Position numbers and translations under genes: made by a program. This document shows, one piece after another, positions 55,691-64,000 of a DNA stretch of 64,000 bases; the stretch's first letter is position 1; each line of letters starts with the position of its first letter. This DNA is from Eledone cirrhosa (Eukaryota): positions 374,232,001-374,296,000 of the forward strand of contig OZ024743.1 in the NCBI GenBank assembly GCA_964016885.1. The letters are read 5' to 3'. Below the pieces are notes generated by a model that did not search any database, was not told the DNA's origin, and was given only the letters and a program-made list of their open reading frames with translations.

Positions 55691-58529
55691 GTTTATAGCC
55701 AACACTTGTTGCACTTTATGGTGCAGAGAACACGGTACTACTGATTTACTCCACATGTTTATAGCCAACACTTGCTGCACTTTAGGATGCAGAGAACACG
55801 GTACTACTGACGTACTCTACATGTTTATAGCCAACACTTGTTGCACTTTATGGTGCAGAGAACACGGTACTACTGACTTACTCTACATGTTTATAGCCAA
55901 CACTTGTTGCACTTTATGGTGCAGAGAACACGGTACTACTGACTTACTCTACATGTTTATAGCCAACACTTGTTGCACTTTAGGATGCAGAGAACACGGT
56001 ACTACTGACTTACGCTACATGTTTATAGCCAACACTTGTTGCAATTTATGGTGCAGAGAACACGGTTCTACTGACTTACTCTACATGTTTATAGCCAAAA
56101 CTTGTTGCACTTTAGGATGCAGAGAACACGGTACTACTGATTTACTCTACATGTTTATAGCCAACACTTGTTGCACTTTATGGTGCAGAGAACACGGTAC
56201 TACTGACTTACTCTACATGTTTATAGCCAACACTTGTTGCACTTTATGGTGCAGAGAACACGGTACTACTGACTTACTCTACATGTTTATAGCCAACACT
56301 TGTTGCACTTTAGGATGCAGAGAACACGGTACTACTGACTTACTCTACATGTTTATAGCCAACACTTGTTGCACTTTATGGTGCAGAGAACACGGTACTA
56401 CTGACTTACTCTACATGTTTATAGCCAACACTTGTTGCACTTTAGGATGCAGAGAACACGGTACTACTGACTTACTCTACATCTTTATAGCCAACACTTG
56501 TTGCAATTTATGGTGCAGAGAACACGGTTCTACTGACTTACTCTACATGTTTATAGCCAACACTTGTTGCACTTTAGGATGCAGAGAACACGGTACTACT
56601 GATTTACTCTACATGTTTATAGCCAACACCTGTTGCACTTTATGGTGCAGAGAACACGGTACTACTGACTTACTCTACATGTTTATAGCCAACACTTGTT
56701 GCACTTTATGGTGCAGAGAACACGGTACTACTGACTTACTCTACATGTTTATAGCCAACACTTGTTGCACTTTAGGATGCAGAGAACACGGTACTACTGA
56801 CTTACTCTACATGTTTATAGCCAACACTTGTTGCACTTTATGGTGCAGAGAACACGGTACTGCTGACTTACTCTACATGTTTATAGCCAACACTTGTTGT
56901 ACATTAGGATGCAGAGAACTCGGTACTGCTGACTTACTCTACATGTTTATAGCCAACACTTGTTGCACTTTAGGATGCAGAGAACACGGTACTACTGACT
57001 TACTCTACATGTTTATAGCCAACACTTGTTGCACTTTATGGTGCAGAGAACACGGTACTACTGACTTACTCTACATGTTTATAGCCAACACTTGTTGCAC
57101 TTCATGGTGCAGAGAACACGGTACTACTGACTTACTCTACATGTTTATAGCCAACACTTGTTGCACTTTATGGTGCAGAGAACACGGTACTACTGACTTA
57201 CTCTACATGTTTATAGCCAACACTTGTTGCACTTTATGGTGCAGAGAACACGGTACTACTGACTTACTCTACATGTTTATAGCCAACACTTGTTGCACTT
57301 TAGGATGCAGAGAACACGGTACTACTGACTTACTCTACATGTTTATAGCCAACACTTGGTGCACTTTATGGTGCAGAGAACACGGTTCTACTGACTTACT
57401 CTACATGTTTATAGCCAACACTTGTTGCACTTTAGGATGCAGAGAACACGGTACTACTGACTTACTCTACATGTTTATAGCCAACACTTGTTGCACTTTA
57501 GGATGCAGAGAACACGGTACTACTGACTTACTCTACATGTTTATAGCCAACACTTGTTGTACATTAGGATGCAGAGAACACGGTACTGCTGACTTACTCT
57601 ACATGTTTATAGCCAACACTTGTTGCACTTTAGGATGCAGAGAACACGGTACTACTGACTTACTCTACATGTTTATAGCCAACACTTGTTGCACTTTATG
57701 GTGCAGAGAACACGGTACTACTGACTTACTCTACATGTTTATAGCCAACACTTGTTGCACTTTATGGTGCAGAGAATACGGTACTACTGACTTACTCTAC
57801 ATGTTTATAGCCAACACTTGTTGCACTTTATGGTGCAGAGAACACGGTACTACTGACTTACTCTACATGTTTATAGCCAACACTTGTTGCACTTTATGGT
57901 GCAGAGAACACGGTACTACTGACTTACTCTACATGTTTATAGCCAACACTTGTTGCACTTTAGGATGCAGAGAACACGGTACTACTGACTTACTCTACAT
58001 GTTTATAGCCAACACTTGTTGCACTTTATGGTGCAGAGAACACGGTACTACTGACTTACTCTACATGTTTATAGCCAACACTTGTTGCACTTTATGGTGC
58101 AGAGAACACGGTACTACTGATTTACTCCACATGTTTATAGCCAACACTTGCTGCACTTTAGGATGCAGAGAACACGGTACTACTGACCTACTCTACATGT
58201 TTATAGCCAACACTTGTTGCACTTTATGGTGCAGAGAACACGGTACTACTGACTTACTCTACATGTTTATAGCCAACACTTGTTGCACTTTATGGTGCAG
58301 AGAACACGGTACTACTGACTTACTCTACATGTTTATAGCCAACACTTGTTGCACTTTAGGATGCAGAGAACACGGTACTACTGACTTACTCTACATGTTT
58401 ATAGCCAACACTTGTTGCAATTTATGGTGCAGAGAACACGGTTCTACTGATTTACTCTACATGTTTATAGCCAACACTTGTTGCACTTTATGGTGCAGAG
58501 AACACGGTACTACTGACTTACTCTACATG

Positions 58530-61500
58530 TTTATAGCCAACACTTGTTGCACTTTATGGTGCAGAGAACACGGTACTACTGACTTACTCTACATGTTTAT
58601 AGCCAACACTTGTTGCACTTTATGGTGCAGAGAACACGGTACTACTGACTTACTCTACATGTTTATAGCCAACACTTGTTGCACTTTAGGATGCAGAGAA
58701 CACGGTACTACTGACTTACTCTACATGTTTATAGCCAACACTTGTTGCAATTTATGGTGCAGAGAACACGGTTCTACTGACTTACTCTACATGTTTATAG
58801 CCAACACTTGTTGCACTTTAGGATGCAGAGAACACGGTACTACTGATTTACTCTACATGTTTATAGCCAACACCTGTTGCAATTTATGGTGCAGAGAACA
58901 CGGTACTACTGACTTACTCTACATGTTTATAGCCAACACTTGTTGCACTTTAGGATGCAGAGAACACGGTACTACTGACTTACTCTACATGTTTATAGCC
59001 AACACTTGTTGCACTTTATGGTGCAGAGAACACGGTTCTACTGACTTACTCTACATGTTTATAGCCAACACTTGTTGCACTTTATGGTGCAGAGAACACG
59101 GTACTACTGACTTACTCTACATGTTTATAGCCAACACTTGTTGCACTTTAGGATGCAGAGAACACGGTACTACTGACTTACTCTACATATTTATAGCCAA
59201 CACTTGTTGCACTTTATGGTGCAGAGAACACGGTACTACTGACTTACTCTACATGTTTATAGCCAACACTTGTTGCACCTTATGGTGCAGAGAACACGGT
59301 ACTACTGACTTACTCTACATGTTTATAGCCAACACTTGTTGCACTTTAGGATGCAGAGAACACGGTACTGCTGACTTACTCTACATGTTTATAGCCAACA
59401 CTTCTTGCACTTTAGGATGCAGAGAACACGGTATTACTGACTTACTCTACATGTTTATAGCCAACACTTGTTGCACTTTAGGATGCAGAGAACACGGTAC
59501 TACTGACTTACTCTACATGTTTATAGCCAACACTTGTTGCACTTTATGGTGCAGAGAACACGGTACTACTGACTTACTCTACATGTTTATAGCCAACACT
59601 TGTTGCACTTTATGGTGCAGAGAACACGGTACTACTGACTTACTCTACATGTTTATAGCCAACACTTGTTGCACTTTAGGATGCAGAGAACACGGTACTA
59701 CTGACTTACTCTACATGTTTATAGCCAACACTTGTTGCACTTTATGGTGCAGAGAACACGGTTCTACTGACTTACTCTACATGTTTATAGCCAACACTTG
59801 TTGCACTTTATGGTGCAGAGAACACGGTACTACTGACTTACTCTACATGTTTATAGCCAACACTTGTTGCACTTTAGGATGCAGAGAACACGGTACTACT
59901 GACTTACTCTACATGTTTATAGCCAACACTTGTTGCACTTTATGGTGCAGAGAACACGGTACTACTGACTTACTCTACATGTTTATAGCCAACACTTGTT
60001 GCACTTTATGGTGCAGAGAACACGGTACTACTGATTTACTCCACATGTTTATAGCCAACACTTGCTGCACTTTAGGATGCAGAGAACACGGTACTACTGA
60101 CTTACTCTACATGTTTATAGCCAACACTTGTTGCACTTTAGGATGCAGAGAACACGGTACTGCTGACTTACTCTACATGTTTATAGCCAACACTTGTTGC
60201 ACTTTATGGTGCAGAGAACACGGTACTACTGACTTACTCTACATGTTTATAGCCAACACTTGTTGCACTTTAGGATGCAGAGAACACGGTACTACTGACT
60301 TACTCTACATGTTTATAGCCAACACTTGTTGCACTTTAGGATGCAGAGAACACGGTACTACTGACTTACTCTACATGTTTATAGCCAACACTTGTTGCAC
60401 TTTATGGTGCAGAGAACACGGTACTACTGACTTACTCTACATGTTTATAGCCAACACTTGTTGCACTTTATGGTGCAGAGAACACGGTACTACTGACTTA
60501 CTCTACATGTTTATAGCCAACACTTGTTGCACTTTAGGATGCAGAGAACACGGTACTACTGACTTACTCTACATGTTTATAGCCAACACTTGTTGCACTT
60601 TATGGTGCAGAGAACACGGTACTACTGACTTACTCTACATGTTTATAGCCAACACTTGTTGCACTTTAGGATGCAGAGAACACGGTACTACTAACTTACT
60701 CTACATGTTTATAGCCAACACTTGTTGCACTTTATGGTGCAGAGAACACGGTACTACTGATTTACTCCACATGTTTATAGCCAACACTTGTTGCACTTTA
60801 GGATGCAGAGAACACGGTACTACTGACTTACTCTACATGTTTATAGCCAACACTTGTTGCACTTTATGGTGCAGAGAACACGGTACTACTGACTTACTCT
60901 ACATGTTTATAGCCAACACTTGTTGCACTTTATGGTGCAAAGAACACGGTACTACTGACTTACTCTACATGTTTATAGCCAACACTTGTTGCACTTTATG
61001 GTGCAGAGAACACGGTACTACTGACTTACTCTACATGTTTATAGCCAACACTTGTTGCACTTTATGGTGCAGAGAACACGGTACTACTGATTTACTCCAC
61101 ATGTTTATAGCCAACACTTGTTGCACTTTAGGATGCAGAGAACACGGTACTACTGACTTACTCTACATGTTTATAGCCAACACTTGTTGCACTTTATGGT
61201 GCAGAGAACACGGTACTACTGACTTACTCTACATGTTTATAGCCAACACTTGTTGCACTTTATGGTGCAGAGAACACGGTACTACTGACTTACTCTACAT
61301 GTTTATAGCCAACACTTGTTGCACTTTAGGATGCAGAGAACACGGTACTACTGACTTACTCTACATGTTTATAGCCAACACTTGTTGCAATTTATGGTGC
61401 AGAGAACACGGTTCTACTGACTTACTCTACATGTTTATAGCCAACACTTGTTGCACTTTAGGATGCAGAGAACACGGTACTACTGATTTACTCTACATGT

Positions 61501-63600
61501 TTATAGCCAACACCTGTTGCAATTTATGGTGCAGAGAACACGGTACTACTGACTTACTCTACATGTTTATAGCCAACACTTGTTGCACTTTAGGATGCAG
61601 AGAACACGGTACTACTGACTTACTCTACATGTTTATAGCCAACACTTGTTGCACTTTATGGTGCAGAGAACACGGTTCTACTGACTTACTCTACATGTTT
61701 ATAGCCAACACTTGTTGCACTTTATGGTGCAGAGAACACGGTACTACTGACTTACTCTACATGTTTATAGCCAACACTTGTTGCACTTTAGGATGCAGAG
61801 AACACGGTACTACTGACTTACTCTACATATTTATAGCCAACACTTGTTGCACTTTATGGTGCAGAGAACACGGTACTACTGACTTACTCTACATGTTTAT
61901 AGCCAACACTTGTTGCACCTTATGGTGCAGAGAACACGGTACTACTGACTTACTCTACATGTTTATAGCCAACACTTGTTGCACTTTAGGATGCAGAGAA
62001 CACGGTACTGCTGACTTACTCTACATGTTTATAGCCAACACTTCTTGCACTTTAGGATGCAGAGAACACGGTATTACTGACTTACTCTACATGTTTATAG
62101 CCAACACTTGTTGCACTTTAGGATGCAGAGAACACGGTACTACTGACTTACTCTACATGTTTATAGCCAACACTTGTTGCACTTTATGGTGCAGAGAACA
62201 CGGTACTACTGACTTACTCTACATGTTTATAGCCAACACTTGTTGCACTTTATGGTGCAGAGAACACGGTACTACTGACTTACTCTACATGTTTATTGCC
62301 AACACTTGTTGCACTTTAGGATGCAGAGAACACGGTACTACTGACTTACTCTACATGTTTATAGCCAACACTTGTTGCACTTTATGGTGCAGAGAACACG
62401 GTTCTACTGACTTACTCTACATGTTTATAGCCAACACTTGTTGCACTTTAGGATGCAGAGAACACGGTACTACTGACTTACTCTACATGTTTATAGCCAA
62501 CACTTGTTGCACTTTATGGTGCAGAGAACACGATACTACTGACTTACTCTACATGTTTATAGCCAACACTTGTTGCACTTTAGGATGCAGAGAACACGGT
62601 ACTACTGACTTACTCTACATGTTTATAGCCAACACTTGTTGCACCTTATGGTGCAGAGAACACGGTACTACTGACTTACTCTACATGTTTATAGCCAACA
62701 CTTGTTGCACTTTAGGATGCAGAGAACACGGTACTGCTGACTTACTCTACATGTTTATAGCCAACACTTCTTGCACTTTAGGATGCAGAGAACACGGTAT
62801 TACTGACTTACTCTACATGTTTATAGCCAACACTTGTTGCACCTTATGGTGCAGAGAACACGGTACTACTGACTTACTCTACATGTTTATAGCCAACACT
62901 TGTTGCACTTTAGGATGCAGAGAACACGGTACTACTGACTTACTCTACATGTTTATAGCCAACACTTGTTGCACTTTATGGTGCAGAGAACACGGTACTA
63001 CTGACTTACTCTACATGTTTATAGCCAACACTTGTTGCACTTTATGGTGCAGAGAACACGGTACTACTGACTTACTCTACATGTTTATAGCCAACACTTG
63101 TTGCACTTTAGGATGCAGAGAACACGGTACTACTGACTTACTCTACATGTTTATAGCCAACACTTGTTGCACTTTATGGTGCAGAGAACACGGTACTACT
63201 GACTTACTCTACATGTTTATAGCCAACACTTGTTGCACTTTAGGATGCAGAGAACACGGTACTACTAACTTACTCTACATGTTTATAGCCAACACTTGTT
63301 GCACTTTATGGTGCAGAGAACACGGTACTACTGATTTACTCCACATGTTTATAGCCAACACTTGTTGCACTTTAGGATGCAGAGAACACGGTACTACTGA
63401 CTTACTCTACATGTTTATAGCCAACACTTGTTGCACTTTATGGTGCAGAGAACACGGTACTACTGACTTACTCTACATGTTTATAGCCAACACTTGTTGC
63501 ACTTTATGGTGCAAAGAACACGGTACTACTGACTTACTCTACATGTTTATAGCCAACACTTGTTGCACTTTATGGTGCAGAGAACACGGTACTACTGACT
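58530..63600. repeat. Higher-order duplication, 39-40 monomers (2574/2640 bp)
   Basis: TACATATTT occurs at ~59188/61828 (2640 = 40x66). ACTAAC at ~60691/63265 and TGCAAAG at 60936/63510 recur at 2574 = 39x66. Confidence 0.8.
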
Positions 63601-64000
63601 TACTCTACATGTTTATAGCCAACACTTGTTGCACTTTAGGATGCAGAGAACACGGTACTACTGACTTACTCTACATGTTTATAGCCAACACTTGTTGCAC
63701 TTTATGGTGCAGAGAACACGGTACTACTGACTTACTCTACATGTTTATAGCCAACACTTGTTGCACTTTATGGTGCAGAGAACACGGTACTACTGACTTA
63801 CTCTACATGTTTATAGCCAACACTTGTTGCACTTTATGGTGCAGAGAACACGGTACTACTGACTTACTCTACATGTTTATAGCCAACACTTGTTGCACTT
63901 TATGGTGCAGAGAACACGGTACTACTGACTTACTCTACATGTTTATAGCCAACACTTGTTGCACTTTAGGATGCAGAGAACACGGTACTACTGACTTACT

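Larger units (their letters stand above)
1..64000. repeat. 66-bp tandem satellite DNA array (~970 monomers, single orientation, extends beyond both window edges)
   Basis: The same 66-mer recurs continuously from base 1 to 64000 (monomer starts at 45, 111, 177 ... 63939). Most monomers are within 0-4 substitutions of consensus. No non-repeat sequence or inversion was seen. Confidence 0.99.

Noticed and set aside
1-64000. CRISPR array (66-bp period resembles repeat plus spacer)
   Set aside because: There are no unique spacers: the whole 66 bp is repeated, and no cas genes or leader are present.
1-64000. tRNA/SINE-derived or other structured RNA gene array
   Set aside because: No Pol III A/B boxes, cloverleaf or other recognisable RNA family motif was seen, only 4-6 bp stems.
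1-64000. Synthetic concatemer or rolling-circle sequencing artefact
   Set aside because: Hierarchically shared variants, nested duplications and a positional gradient indicate evolutionary history rather than random read error, though exact copy numbers still need read validation.
1-64000. Variant cassette library for antigenic variation or diversity generation
   Set aside because: No expression site, recombinase, reverse transcriptase or conserved-flank/variable-core design is present. The variation fits ordinary satellite turnover.

Overview
The whole 64 kb window is one uninterrupted head-to-tail tandem (satellite) array of about 970 copies of a 66-bp monomer, about 41% GC, with consensus ATGTTTATAGCCAACACTTGTTGCACTTTA[TGG/GGA]TGCAGAGAACACGGTACTACTGACTTACTCTAC. 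Both array ends lie outside the window. I found no unique sequence, gene, RNA gene, transposon or CRISPR array. The long 'MFIANTCCTLWCREHGTTDLLY' ORFs arise because 66 is divisible by 3 and one of the six frames lacks a stop; I do not consider them real genes. The informative signal is in the variants. (1) Local higher-order repeats of 8, 47, 40, 34, 33, 35, 49, 38 and 39-40 monomers change period along the array. (2) A diverged, indel-bearing left layer (to about 33.8 kb) gives way to a homogeneous right layer with no net indels. (3) There are two linked monomer subfamilies. (4) Transitions are concentrated at the single CpG. (5) Several recurrent variants convert imperfect inverted repeats into perfect ones, most clearly a 65-bp divergent monomer, suggesting quasi-palindrome template switching. 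The array is most likely eukaryotic heterochromatic or centromere-type satellite; the organism and function cannot be determined from the sequence. All counts were made by eye.
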